A stretch of 64,000 nt of DNA from assembly GCF_963921235.1 (NCBI RefSeq), contig NC_086106.1:19344001-19408000 (forward strand). Reading direction: 5' to 3'. The notes under the pieces are model-generated. The model searched no databases, was not told the DNA's origin, and saw only the letters and a program-made list of their open reading frames with translations. Below are positions 36,720 to 49,436 of this stretch, piece by piece; position 1 is the stretch's first letter; each line of letters starts with the position of its first letter. This DNA is from Mobula hypostoma (taxonomy: Eukaryota). A program made the position numbers and the translations under genes.

Positions 36720-37165
36720 CTCAGGTCTCTTTTTAATCTCTGCCCTCTTACCTTCTATTAGTACCCTCCTTTGTTGGACTCCCAGCCCTGAGGAAAAGTC
36801 TATGACCATCCACCATTCCATACCCCTCATGATTTTACAAACTTCTGAGGTTGTCGCACATTTTCCTCTGCTCCAGATAATAAAGAACCAGTATGGCTTA
36901 CCTCACCCTATAACTCAGACCCTCCAGTCCAGGCAGCATCCTTGTACATCTCTTCTGTACCATTTCCAGCTTGTCAATGTCTTTCCTATATCAGAGTGAC
37001 CAAAACTGTACACAATACTCCGAGTGCGGCCTCATCAACGATTTACATAACTGCCACAGAATCTCCCTGACTGATGAAGGCCAGCATGGTAATTACCTTC
37101 TTCACCACCTTGTCATCTCCTCAAAAACTCCATCAGCAGAGTTACACCACAAGGTTGTGTGCTTA
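36720..37165 (-). mobile_element. CR1 3' fragment (approximate)
   Basis: Reverse complement of CR1 RT C-terminus (CTQYSECGL on the antisense frame). Confidence 0.65.
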
Positions 37166-38145
37166 GCCCTCTGCTCTACTCGCTTTATTCTCAGCATAAC
37201 TTCAATGCCATATTTATGTTTGCTGATGACACCTCTGTCATAGGCTGAATCAAGTGTGGTGACAAATCAACATATAGGAGAGAGATTGAAAATCTAGCTG
37301 AGTGGTGCAACAACAACCTATTACTCCATGTCAACAAGGTCAAGGTGAGGATTTGACTTCAGGAGGAGGAAACCAGAAGTCCAAGATCCTCATCAGGGGA
37401 TCAGAGGTGGAGTGGTTCAGCAACTTTAAATTCCTTAGTCTAAGTGTCATTATGAAGAAAGCACAATAGTGCCTCTACTTTCTCACCAGTTTGCAAAGAT
37501 ATGGCATGACATCGAAAATGTTTGCAAATGTCTATAGTTGTGTGGTGGAGAGTATATCGACTAGTTGCATTATGGCCTGGTATGGAAACACCAATCCCGT
37601 TGAATGGAAAAACCCAGTCCATTATGGGTAAAGCCCTCCCTACCATTGAGCACATATACAAGGAGTGCTGTCACAGGAAAGCAACCTCCATCACTGAGGA
37701 CCCACACCATCCAGACAATGTTCTCTACTCAGAAAAGAGGTGCAGGAACCTCAGGGTCCACACCACCAGGTTCAGGAATAGTTATTAACACTCAACCATC
37801 AGACTCTTGAATCAGAGGGATATCTTCACTTAACTTCTCTTGCCCCATCACTGAACTGTTCCCACGAACTTTGGTCTGACTTTCAAGGACTCTTATGTTC
37901 TCAATATTTATTGTTTATTTAATATCATATTTTTAAATTAATATTTCTTTTTTCCCTTTTGGTATTTGTACACTTGTTGTCTTTTGCACATTGGTTGTTC
38001 ATCTGTCCTGTTGAATGCAGTCTTTCATGGATTCTGTTTTGTTTCTTGTGTTTACAGTGATTGCCCGCAAAAGAATGAATCTTAGGATGTTAATTGTGAG
38101 TTGTATGTATGTACTTTGATAATAAATTTACTTTGAAATTTGAAC
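37166..38145 (+). mobile_element. Rex1/L2-like LINE 3' fragment
   Basis: KFADDT-like region, RCRNLRVHTTRFRNSY, AATAAATTTACTTTGAA tail. Confidence 0.75.
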
Positions 38146-38159
38146 CTGTGTGGCTGATT

Positions 38160-39560
38160 TCAGTGAACTGTGTACTAGGACTTGCAGGTCCCTCTGTTCT
38201 ACAATACTCATCAGTGCCCTGCCATTTACCGTACAAATCCTTCCCTGCTTGACTGTCCAAAAATGCATCACCTCACTTTGATCTCATTTGCTATTCCTTA
38301 GCCCTTGTCTCAAACAGGTCAAGATCTTTTTGCAAATCAAGGTAACCTGCTTCACTATCAACAAGACCCCCTCATTTAGTATCATCAGCAAACTTGAATT
38401 GTGCCTTGTACATTGACATTCCAAATAATTTGCACAAATCATGAATATCAGAGGTACCAACATTGACCCCTGGTGATCACAAGTCACAGTCCACCACTCA
38501 AAGAATCGATCTTCAACCACCACCCCTCTGCTTCCTATCGTTATTAAACACACAGGCGATCGTGATGGTCTTTCAAAGGATGCAGTCTCTCCATAGTCAA
38601 CCTTTTACTGTTAAGGTAGCCGATGACCCTTGGTATCAACCTTGCCTGCCAAATCTATCTCTTAGCCTCTTTTTGCCCTCCTGTTTCCCCTCTTAAGCCT
38701 GGTCTTAAACTTTACATTCATCAAGGGATTCATTCACACCCTGCTGCCTAAACACATTGTACACTTCCTGTATTTTCTTTACTAGAGCATTGATATCTTT
38801 TGTCAGCCAGGGTTTCCGGTATTGGGTATGTCTACCATTCACACTGACAGGAACATGCTGCCATCTGGACTCTTGATATCACCTTTTTAAAAGCTCCCAC
38901 TTGCCAACTATCCCTTTGTCTTTATTTAAATGGAGTCAGCCTTGCTGCAGTTAAGGACTTTACCATGTGGACCCATCTGATAGGAAAGTGATAGATCCTA
39001 TGGTTCTCTCTTTTTTTCCCGTTATAAATTTAAAACTAGAATTCTAGAATTGTGGTCAGTAGACTCCCCAGTTTACAGTTCAGTTACTTGACCCATGTTT
39101 TGCCTAAGAGGAGGTTCAGTAGGATTCCTTCCCAAATAGGTTCTTGGACACCCCACACAAATTGCACCCCATCCAGGCCCTTTGCACTCTGGATGACCCA
39201 GGTGACACCAGGGTATTTGACATTTCCTTTGAGCACTACCCTACTATTTTCACAATTATGTGTAATTTCTCCACACATCTCTGCTCCTTGAGTTTCCACT
39301 CACTACTGGGGGATTTCTAATTAGCCAGACCAAGGTGACCATCCACTTCTTATTTCTAAGTTTTACCCAAATGCCCTCATTAGATCATCCCTCAAGAATG
39401 TTCACTCTGAGCACTGCTGTTATGTCATCTGCTACCAAAGGACGACACCCTCTCCAGTCTTATCTGTTCCTTCGTCATGCCAAAAGCATCAGTATCCCTG
39501 AACACTGGGGCTGCCCTTCTCTAAACCCACTTTCTGTTCTGGCCACAATATTCTAGGTAC
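38160..39560 (-). mobile_element. Degenerate CR1 fragments (approximate)
   Basis: HQGSMLVPLIF, EGILLNLLLG-type remnants. Confidence 0.6.
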
Positions 39561-39789
39561 TAGAAACTATTCACAGTCCTCTCATTTCATCCATCCTACC
39601 TGCTAAGATAACTGTATGGAGTGAGATATAATGTAAGTCAGTGGTCTGATCTGAAACTTCACTGTAAAGGTGGCTATCCTGATTGCTGTGTGAACACTCT
39701 TTGGATGCTGAATATACCCCTGTCTACTCATGGACTTCACTCTCTTGTGTTCCGCACCCCTGCCAATCTAGTTTAAACCCTCCCTTGTT

Positions 39790-40375
39790 GTCACCATATA
39801 CTATCCTGAGATTCATTTTCTTGAGGCGTCAGAGTAAATACAAAGAAACACAATCATGTCAATGAAAAACCACACACATGCCAGTCAAGCAACCGATGAA
39901 CAAAAGACAGTAAACTGCAAATACTAGATGCATAAAGAAACCAAAAAGAAATAAGAATAATAAATAAATAAGCGATAAGTATCAAGAACATGAGATGAAG
40001 AGTTCTTGAAACTGAGAGCATAGGTTGCAGGAACGGTGCAGTGTTGGGGTGAGTGAAGTTATTTCATTTGGTTCAACGGCCTGGTGGTTGAGGGATGATA
40101 ACTGTTCCTGAACCTAGTGGTGTGCATCCTGAGTCTCCTGTACCTCCTTCCAAAGAAAACAATATGGCTGGGATGGAGTACATCCTTGATGATGGAGCTG
40201 TTTTCCCATGACAGCACTCCTTGTAGACATGCTCAGTGGTGGGGAGGGCTTTACCCACAATGGACCTGGTTGTATCCACTACTTTTTGCAGGCTTTTACG
40301 TTCAAGGGTATCGGTGTTCCCAAACTAGGCCATGATAGAACCAGTCAGTATTGTCTCCACAGCGCAGCTATAGAA
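39790..40375 (-). mobile_element. Rex1/L2-like LINE 3' fragment
   Basis: GKALPTTEHVYKECC motif shared with 37522-37788. Confidence 0.7.
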
Positions 40376-41384
40376 GTGTGACAATGATTTTGTAATATTC
40401 TAGTTCAAATATTTTACTGTTATGCTGTATGTGTTTCACTTTGTGTAGCTTTATAAGAGCTGCTTGCTTTGCTTTCAGCCTGTTTGTGTTATTGTTGAGT
40501 GTAAGGGATGATATGGAATATGTGCCATCCAATTAGCAAGAGCTTTTTCTTGGTGAGGGACAATATGGTTGGCCTTGGGCTTTTGTTCAGGAGGAGATGA
40601 AGAGAGAAGATGCTGGGAGAACTGGTCGTAGCATATGATCAGGTGGGGGACCTGTTTGTTCAAGATGGATTGCGAGTGACACTTGGAAGGTGGTGTGTGG
40701 TTTCACATTGACCAAGGACCCAGCGCATGAGTGACTGAGAAGTTCAAGATGAACTCCAATTTATGCACATTTGACTGTAAAATTAGAATGGGCCCTTTTC
40801 TTTTTGTTATTCATTAATAAGACTTCCATTAAGATGCATAAACATAATTCCTTTAATTGTACTCAGTGTACTGTCTGTTATTTTGTGGTATTAATTTGTA
40901 ACAGGGTAGCAAATGACACAGCATTCATACAAACCGAGATTTGGGGTGGGATCCAATGTGAATCAATCTCTAAAGTTTGGCAGGGCTGGAGGTTGTCTTC
41001 CCTAAACTTACGCAGCCAATGAAACCAGGGTGTTTCATTTTAGATAACACTGAATTTTCGCAAGCTTCTAAGATACCTCTCAGTCTGTGAGTATCCTTTC
41101 ATGATGCCCAGTATGCCTACATGCTCACCCTCTGAGCCGAAGAGCGAGTCACACAGCCAGAGACCTGACCATTTCTGCTGGCCCTTGAAAGAACATTCCT
41201 CCTCGACAGCATCTAAAGACATGTTCCTGTATTCATCTGTAGATTTTATCCTTACCTTCCTAAATCATCGCGTGTTATCTGCACTACTGTGATTTATACG
41301 CTGGTTTGGAGAAACGTTGTCCTATTTCAATATACGTTATATACATGTGCATAGTTAAATGACAATAAACTTGGACGCGACTTG

Positions 41385-41720
41385 ATAAAGTGAAGTTGAG
41401 TCGCTGGAATGTGAGAACCTGTGGAATCTCCAACAGCGAAAGATATGGGTGTCCCAATGTTGTTTTAGTCTCGAACACTGACATTGATGTTGCAACCGTA
41501 GTGAGGGGTTCAGGAGAAAGTCAGCTGAAGGAACAAGGTAACAGTTACACATTATGGAAGGGTCATCTGGAAGGAAAACCTCTTCTACAATCGGGTTGGA
41601 TTAGCTGTGAAAAATGAGATGTTTGTCCCAGTGGGCGGTGTTAACAGTGATGTCAATCATGTTGAAAGGCCGCCAACACTGAAACAGCAGCACCTCGGGA
41701 ACTCAAGGAACTGCAAAGTG
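41385..41720 (+). mobile_element. RTE-like endonuclease N-terminal fragment (approximate)
   Basis: KLSRWNVRT...DIDVA...QLKEQGNSYTLW. Confidence 0.6.
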
Positions 41721-41899
41721 ATACTGACTCAACAGAGACCTCTAGTGGCTTAAGTGGTGATGACAGTAATCAGTTAATTGGTCTGGCAGCCATGACAGGA
41801 CTTGCCCCAGTAAAAATTCAGAGAGTGAAAACACACAAGACTGATGATAGAAAGGAAATAGGAGGTTTGTGATCAACCACTAGATCCGAAAAAATTGGT

Positions 41900-43673
41900 G
41901 AATGACCCAAGGAAGTTGTTGGGCTGAACTTCAATGAATTAAGGATATATCCAAATTGCATCCATATGTGGGCATTCGAATACTGGTTACTATGCTATTA
42001 ACTCAGCAAATAAACCAAGCTCAATAAATAGTTTAGAGATGTATAACATGCCAGAAAACAAACCCCAGATTAACAAAGAAGCTACCTCAACTAACTACTC
42101 CTGTCCCTCCCAGTCCATGTTTACATCTACTGGTGGACGACATTACTGACATGAAAAGGGATTTGCGATGTGTCAGTAATAATGGACATATTTTCAAGAT
42201 GGGTCGAAGCCATCCCAGCAAGATAAGCTCCTGCCACTCAAACAGCCAAAACTGTGATTAAGGACTATAATCCTAGATGGAGATTGTCATGATATATTGA
42301 CTCTGACCAAGGAACACATTTCACTGGAAACGTTTGTCAAGAATGGCATCATCAAACAATGGCTGACTAAGTATGAGGAGGAAGTCGTACCTGGGCCGAC
42401 AGTCATTGCTTTTATGCAGCATCAGGGCAACTCCAAATAAGAACACAAAACTGAGTCTATTTGAAGTGGCGACGGGGTGACCTATGTCACTACTGGGTGC
42501 ACTCGATCTCAGAGAGGCTAATGTACGTTTTTTGTCAGGTAGTTTAGTTGACTATTGTTCAAAACCAACACAAACTGTTCTGTCTGCTTCTCAACAGGTG
42601 TCTGTTGGTTCTGGTACATCCGAATGAGGACACACTTTGATTCCTGGTGAGTGGGTCCTGGTCAAGGAACTGTGTAAGGAACCCCTGGCAGCGTGTTTAG
42701 AAGGTCCTTACCAAGTATTGTTAATTACTAATTCAGCAGTTAACGTAGAAGTCAAATGTAAGTGAATACACGCCAGCTACTGCAAATGAGCTGAAGTAAC
42801 TCCAGATTGAAACAAATACTGTTTGTGGGAAGACTTCAAACACAAATATAATTATTGGACATTATGACAATGAATCTGCATTTTTTGTGTTTGTTTAAAA
42901 GCGATTACTCTGAATTTTCAGAAGTGATTCTGCCACAGTCCTTATAGAATCAAAAGGGGGGACTGCAGGAAACCAGTGTTTTTTATAACACTTTTTATAA
43001 AGTTTGTACTCTTAAATGAAGTCATGCATTTGTCACAGTGCGTGGTGGTTCACCCTATCCACTGGCACAAAGCGGTATAGCAGTTAAAGAAACGGTTTAT
43101 CACCTTAACAGCAGGAATTCTGCAGATGCTGGAAATTCAAGCAACACACATCAAAGTTGCTGGTGAACATAGCAGGCCAGGCAGCATCTCTAGGAAGAAG
43201 TACAGTCGATGTTTCAGGCCGAGACCCTTCGTCAGAACTAACTGAAGGAAGAGTTAGTAAGAGATTTGAAAGTGGGAGGGGGAGGGGGAGATCCAAAATA
43301 AATCCTTTGAAAAATCCTTTGATGTGTGTTGGTGGTTTATCACCTTGCTCATTTTTCATTGGCTATTAGCACGTTACCCACGTGATTTGATTGTTTTAAT
43401 AAAATTGTTTATGAGCTGGCTTACTCTATATTGAAGGAATTTGTTTATCTTGTCCATAAAAGTGAGTGATTTTTCAGAATCGCAATCTTGGCTTCATCTT
43501 TATTATTTTGTCTATATACCGCTTCGCATCGTTTCACAACTCTTCATTTAGTTTGATTCGAATCTGTATGTTGCTTATATTCTAAAATAAACTGAACTAT
43601 TGGGATTAAGACTGTTCGCCTTTTTTGACTCCCAGATGAACCGAAGGTTCAGGAAATAAACAGAGATCCAACA
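41900..43673 (+). mobile_element. Retroviral-type element A, copy 1: integrase pseudogene, PPT (42952-42963), 3' LTR (42964-43673)
   Basis: CITCQKTNP zinc finger, LLVD, SRWVEAIP, IDSDQGTHFTG, GPYQVLLITNSAV..IHASYCK; AAAAGGGGGGAC then TG...CCAACA. Confidence 0.85.
43107..43333 (-). mobile_element. Penelope-like terminal insertion with hammerhead motif (43203-43240), 13-bp TSD
   Basis: GGTTTATCACCTT at 43094-43106 and 43334-43346; minus strand tagtt-CTGACGA-agggtctcggcct-GAAACATC-gactg; 15-bp inverted copy of terminus at 43317-43331. Confidence 0.85.
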
Positions 43674-44289
43674 GTCTCTACCACAGACTGTTCGGTAATA
43701 AATGAGTGTCTCACAACCCTGTGCTTAGAAAATGGAACTTGCTTGCTCCTGACACCACAATCAGTGCGCTGAAATTTGTAGGTGGAGTGTCAGAGATTAT
43801 TTAAAATAAAGCTCGATACCAGACTTCAAGTGGTGAATCTTTTATTTTAGCATTATATCATGGAGAATTTTATGTGGGGAACTCTGAGTTACATGGAATC
43901 ATCTTATGTTTATATCTAGCAACCGACATTGAGCGAAACCAGCCCCTACCCCAATTAGCAAAACAAAGAGTTGATTTGTGGCTCATCTATCTACCCTTAT
44001 CTTGTGCAGCTGTATTATTACGTTAATGAGGGGTTTTGTTCAGTACAATAATCTTAGTTATGCAGACTTAGAGCTTAATTGGAAAACACAGGATGTCCAC
44101 AAGGTCACAAAGCTTTAGCAACCTACAGCACTTTTAGCCCTATATTCGAAATATTCTTCCACAATTCCCTCCTTTTTGATCGGTATCTGCAAACGGGATC
44201 TCATACCTTGAGGGTAGTGGTCGCATTTTCAAACATTCTCGTTCAGCATAAATTATCCTCTTCCCCACTGTTTCCCGTATTTGGGGACC

Positions 44290-44830
44290 TCACATGAAGT
44301 AAAGCGTAGTCATTTTTGTCTTTGACTGGGAAGGTGTATACGTCAGATGAATAATCAGTTGCAAGATGAAGTGAAGCAAATCCGTGCAATGTCCATAAAA
44401 GTGGGGCTGTAACCAGACAAACACCCCACCCCCAATTACTGATTTGGTCTGTACCAGCACAAAGGCTGAGTCCCCCGTTTTACCAATCTTTCTGTTTACA
44501 ATCTCAACCTTACCGATAGCTCTGACCGTACTCAAACATCGAATTAACACATCGTCCGGGCTACGAATATCCACCCCACTTAATACGCGGGCATGAGTAA
44601 CCGGAACATCCTCAATCCCACACCAAAGTTCAATCTTATCCACGTCCATCGCTTCGAATTTAACCCGGGCGATTTACACCGTATCCGACAGAATTCAAAA
44701 GGCGGAACGAGCCCCCACAATGTAACGGCCTTTGCTCCAGCTGAGTCCCGTTGCCTAGGGTGAATAGCCGTCGACCCCGCCAAACAGTGCAAATATGCTT
44801 TGGTGCGGATACGGTGTGAGGCACCCAATG
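44290..44830 (-). mobile_element. Gypsy LTR-retrotransposon gag N-terminus (PNMA-like), truncated
   Basis: ORF 44290-44649 MDVDKIELWC...LSGVD...IRCL..VRAIGKV...FVLVQ resembles the PNMA/Gypsy gag N-terminal pattern from memory. Confidence 0.6.
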
Positions 44831-45164
44831 ATCAACCACGTCACAAATATCAAACAATATACCAAGTGTGAGTGAAGCATTATACTTTATAGCAAGTTTT
44901 GGTGATGGGTTAGTAGCAACAACTAAAAGAAAAGGCGGCACATCAGTAACTTATCAGTCTTGTGCACATAATATTTTAATACGTTGGAGCTGACGCCTCC
45001 GATTCCATCCACAACGTCCTTCCGAGACTCCGGCCACCATCCGAACGCCCGAGGTCCGGTATCTGCCGCCCTGGAACCGCTGTCCGTTCCCCGCACGTCC
45101 GTCCTCCCTGCTCGCCTCCTGAAAACGCCCGCGCTCCTCAACTCAGCACACACATACAAGATAT

Positions 45165-47870
45165 GTGTGGTGGCGTTGCTGGTTAAAGGAGAGATTAACG
45201 CAACAGAAAGGAAGGACATAAGCCGGGAAGATGTGGAATCGACATGGGTAGAGCTGCTTAACACTAAGGGGCAGAAGACGCTGGTGGGAGTTGTGTACAG
45301 GCCACCAAACAGTAGTAGTGAGGTCGGAGATGGCATTAAACAGGAAATTAGAAATGTGTGCAATCAAGGAACAGCAGTTATAATGGGTGACTTCAATCTA
45401 CATGTAGATTGGGTGAACCAAATTGGTAAAGGTGCTGAGGAAGAGGATTTCTTGGAATGTATGCGGGATGGTTTTTTGAACCAACATGTCGAGGAACCAA
45501 CTAGAGAGCAGGCTATTCTGGACTGGGTTTTGAGCAATGAGGAAGGGTTAATTTGCGATCTTGTCGTGAGAGGCCCCTTGGGTAAGAGTGACCATAATAT
45601 GGTGGAATTCTTCATTAAGATGGAGAGTGACATAGTTAATTCAGAAACAAAGGTTCTGAACTTAAAGAGGGGTAACTTTGAAGGTATGAGACGTGAATTA
45701 GCTAAGATAGACTGGCAAATGACACTTAATGGATTGACGGTGGATATGCAATGGTAAGCATTTAAAGATTGCATGGATGAACTACAACAATTGTTCATCC
45801 CAGTTTGGCAAAAGAATAAATCAAGGAAGGTAGTGCACCCGTGGCTGACAAGAGAAATTAGGGATAGTATCAATTCCAAAGAAGAAGCATACAAATTAGC
45901 CAGAGAAAGTGGCTCACCTGAGGACTGGGAGAAATTCAGAGTTCAGCAGAGGAGGACAAAGGGCTTAATTAGGAAGGGGAAAAAAGAGAGAAAACCGTCA
46001 GGGAACATAAAAACGGACTGTAAAAGCTTTTATAGATGTGTAAGAAGGAAAAGACTGGTAAAGATAAATGTAGGTCCCCTGCAGACAGAAACAGGTGAAT
46101 TGATTATGGGGAGCAAGGACATGGCAGACCAATTGAATAATTACTTTGGTTCTGTCTTCACTAAGGAGGACATAAATAATCTTCCAGAAATAGTAGAGGA
46201 CAGAGGGTCCAGTGGGATGGAGGAACTGAGCGAAATACATGTTAGTAGGGAAGTGGTGTTAGGTAAATTGAAGGGATTGAAGGCAGATAAATCCCCAGGG
46301 CCAGATGGTCTGCATCCAAGAGTGCTTAAGGAAGTAGCCCAAGAAATAGTGGATGCATTAGTGATAATTTTTCAAAACTCGTTAGATTCTGGACTAGTTC
46401 CTGAGGATTGGAGGGTGGCTAATGTAACTCCACTTTTTAAAAAAGGAGGGAGAGAGAAACCAGGGAATTATAGACCGGTTAGCCTAACGTCGGTGGTGGG
46501 GAAATTGCTGGAGTCAGTTATCAAGGGTGTGATAACAGCACATTTGGAAAGCGGTGAAATGATCGGACAAAGTCAGCATGGATTTGTGAAATGAAAATCA
46601 TGTCTGATGAATCTCATAGAATTTTTTGAGGATGTAACTAGTAGAGTGGATAGGGGAGAACCAGTGGATGTGGTATATTTGGATTTTCAAAAGGCTTTTG
46701 ACAAGGTCCCACACAGGAGATTAGTGTGCAAACTTAAAGCACACGGTATTGGGGGTAAGGTATTGGTGTGGGTGGAGAATTGGTTAGCAGACAGGAAGCA
46801 AAAAGTGGGAATAAACGGGACCTTTTCAGAATGGCAGGCGGTGACTAGTGGGGTACCGTAAGGCTCAGTGCTGGGACCCCAGTTGTTTACAATATATATT
46901 AATGACTTGGATGAGGGAATTAAATGCAGCATCTCCAAGTTTGCGGATGACACGAAGCTGGGTGGCAGTGTTAGCAGTGAGGAGGATGCTAAGCGGATGC
47001 AGGGTGACTTGGATAGGTTGGGTGAGTGAGTGGGCAAATTCATGGCAGATGCAGTTTAATGTGGATAAATGTGAAGTTATCCACTTTGGTGGCAAAAATA
47101 GGAAAACAGATGATTATCTGAATGGTGGCCGATTAGGAAAAGGGGAGGTGCAACGAGACCTGGGTGTCATTATACACCAGTCATTGAAAGTGGGCATACA
47201 GGTACAGCAGGCGGTGAAAAAGACGAATGGTATGCTGGCATTTATAGCGAGAGGATTCGAGTACAGGAGCAGGGAGGTACTACTGCAGTTGTACAAGGCC
47301 TTGGTGAGACCACACCTGGAGTATTGTGTGCAGTTTTGGTCCCCTAATCTGAGGAAAGACATCCTTGCCATAGAAGGAGTACAAAGAAGGTTCACCAGAT
47401 TGATTCCTGGGATGGCAGGACTTTCATATGAAGAAAGACTGGATGAACTGGGCTTGTACTCGTTGGAATTTAGAAGATTGAGGGGGGATCTGATTGAAAC
47501 GTATAAGATCCTAAAGGGATTGGACAGGCTAGATGCAGGAAGATTGTTCCCGATGTTGGGGAAGTCCAGAACGAGGGGCCACAGTTTGAGGATAGAGGGG
47601 AAGCCTTTTAGGACCGAGATTAGGAAAAACTTCTTCACACAGAGAGTGGTGAATCTGTGGAATTCTCTGCCACAGGAAACAGTTGAGGCCAGTTCATTGG
47701 CTATATTTAAGAGGGAGTTAGATATGGCCCTTGTGGCTACGGGGGTCAGGGGGTATGGAGGGAAGGCTGGGGCGGGGTTCTGAGTTGGATGATCAACCAT
47801 GATCATAATAAATGGCGGTGCAGGCTCGAAGGGCCGAATGGCCTACTCCTGCACCTATTTTCTATAACAT
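45165..47870 (+). mobile_element. Young 5'-truncated CR1 ORF2 (endonuclease + RT) with few stops
   Basis: Consecutive ORFs with YRPPN, MGDFN, SDHN, YRPVSLTS, DFQKAFDKVPH; complete 3' end. Confidence 0.95.
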
Positions 47871-47879
47871 AACATGACT

Positions 47880-49436
47880 TCCATTGGCTGGCAGATGAAT
47901 ACGATTTCCATCATTACTAAGTATAACCCAAACATGCTGTTACAGAAAACCCCTTGTACGAGAAGCCATTTTCGTATAACATTTCAGAGAAGCCATTTTG
48001 GTAATAAGCAATTAACAGTTAACAGTCCATCTAGTTTTACTGAGAACCCTACGCTAGTGAAGGGACTCTCAGGTGTTGGTAAATGATCAAACTTTGCTGG
48101 TGTTTACAAACAACCTCTGTTGTTTTCTAAACAAAGCATGCAGGTTCCACATGCTCTCTGAGCGGCTGCTGGTATCGCCGGGACAAACCGCTGCCGTGTG
48201 ATCGCATGATGATCCACCCTTTTCCTGCATGGCCTTGCCGGTGCGGAACCGTAGCGAGGGCACGCAGGAATCCCTCAGGACATACAACACGTCCATCTGG
48301 GTGAGGCAACAAGCCAGACTCTGTCTGTGTGCAGCCATGGGAAATCCACGGGCGGGTGCTTGTGCTGCACAAGCGGAAGGCTGAGTGAATCCTGATGCTG
48401 CCGGACATAACTAACCACAGAGGTCTGGGATATTGTAGCTTGTTTAGCAGCGGCGTCGGCCGCGGCATCACCGCTGCAGAGTTAATCTTTTCCCTTCACA
48501 CTTGACAATTGCCAGTTGTAAAGGTAATAGAACAGCTTGGAGTAAATTAATAATTAATTCAGAATATTCAACAGGTTTATCTGAAGATATGACAAATCCC
48601 CTGTGTTGTCAAAATCACCTGTCACTCCAAAAAATATCGAGAATCAGTGTCCCTGTTGCACGGGTTAGGGCGAACAGTACAGCTGCTTGTGTTGAAGTAC
48701 CAGATGGAAATGCATAATCCTCTCGTGTCTCAAAAGAAGAAACAATAGCATCTCCAGAAAACGTCTGTGTATCCGATGGGCGAATAGAAGATCCGTCAGT
48801 AAACAGAATTAGGTCTGGGTTATCAAGAGGAGTTCTGGGCAGGACAGGACGAGGAGATGTGATGGTTTCCACTATCGCTACACAATCATGTAAAGGTGTG
48901 TTATCCTCAGTCTCAGGTAAGGGAAGAAGAGAAACGCGGTTTAGTGTAGGGTCATGGTGGCACTAAAGGTTGAGTTTAGGGAGCAACATGACCGCATAAC
49001 TTGTACACCTTACTGCTGTAAAATGCTTCGTGGCTGCTGAATTTAAAAGACGCAAAACTGCACGGGGAGCCTAAACTGTACAAAGGTTATCCAGTACTAT
49101 AGGATTGGGCTTTTCTTCCACAACTGCAGTGGCGGCGACAGACTTTAAACAACCAGGCATGCCTTAGTGGTAATTGTACAGAACGATATACAATGGGCCG
49201 TCCACGTTGTTGCGTTAAAATACCGCCCGCAAACCTGGTGATCATGAACAAATAATTGGACAGGAGCTGAAGAGTCAGGTTCCAAAAGCTGGGGCAGTTG
49301 ACAACGCTGTTTTAAGAGCATTAAAGGCTGCGTTCATTTCCTGAGTCCATTGTATTTCGGAAGACATGGCAGGACAAGAATTTGGCGAAGAACAGCATCC
49401 ATTATTCGATATTCAGGCATCAACTGTCTACAATAA
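47880..49436 (-). mobile_element. pol: ERV-B pol pseudogene: RT connection, RNase H, integrase N-terminus
   Basis: CRQLMPEY, WTQEMNAAFNALK, LFTDGSS, HPDGRVV..HRQGHAGKG, DHLPTPESPF. Confidence 0.85.

Noticed and set aside
44984-45165. Pro/Ser-rich N-terminal extension of the CR1 endonuclease ORF as a novel fusion protein
   Set aside because: Chance read-through from flanking GC-rich DNA into a 5'-truncated CR1; non-ATG start
47114-47806. Long antisense ORFs within CR1/Tx1 copies (also 45364-45894, 55046-55801, 59414-59938)
   Set aside because: Shadow frames of LINE ORF2, not independent genes
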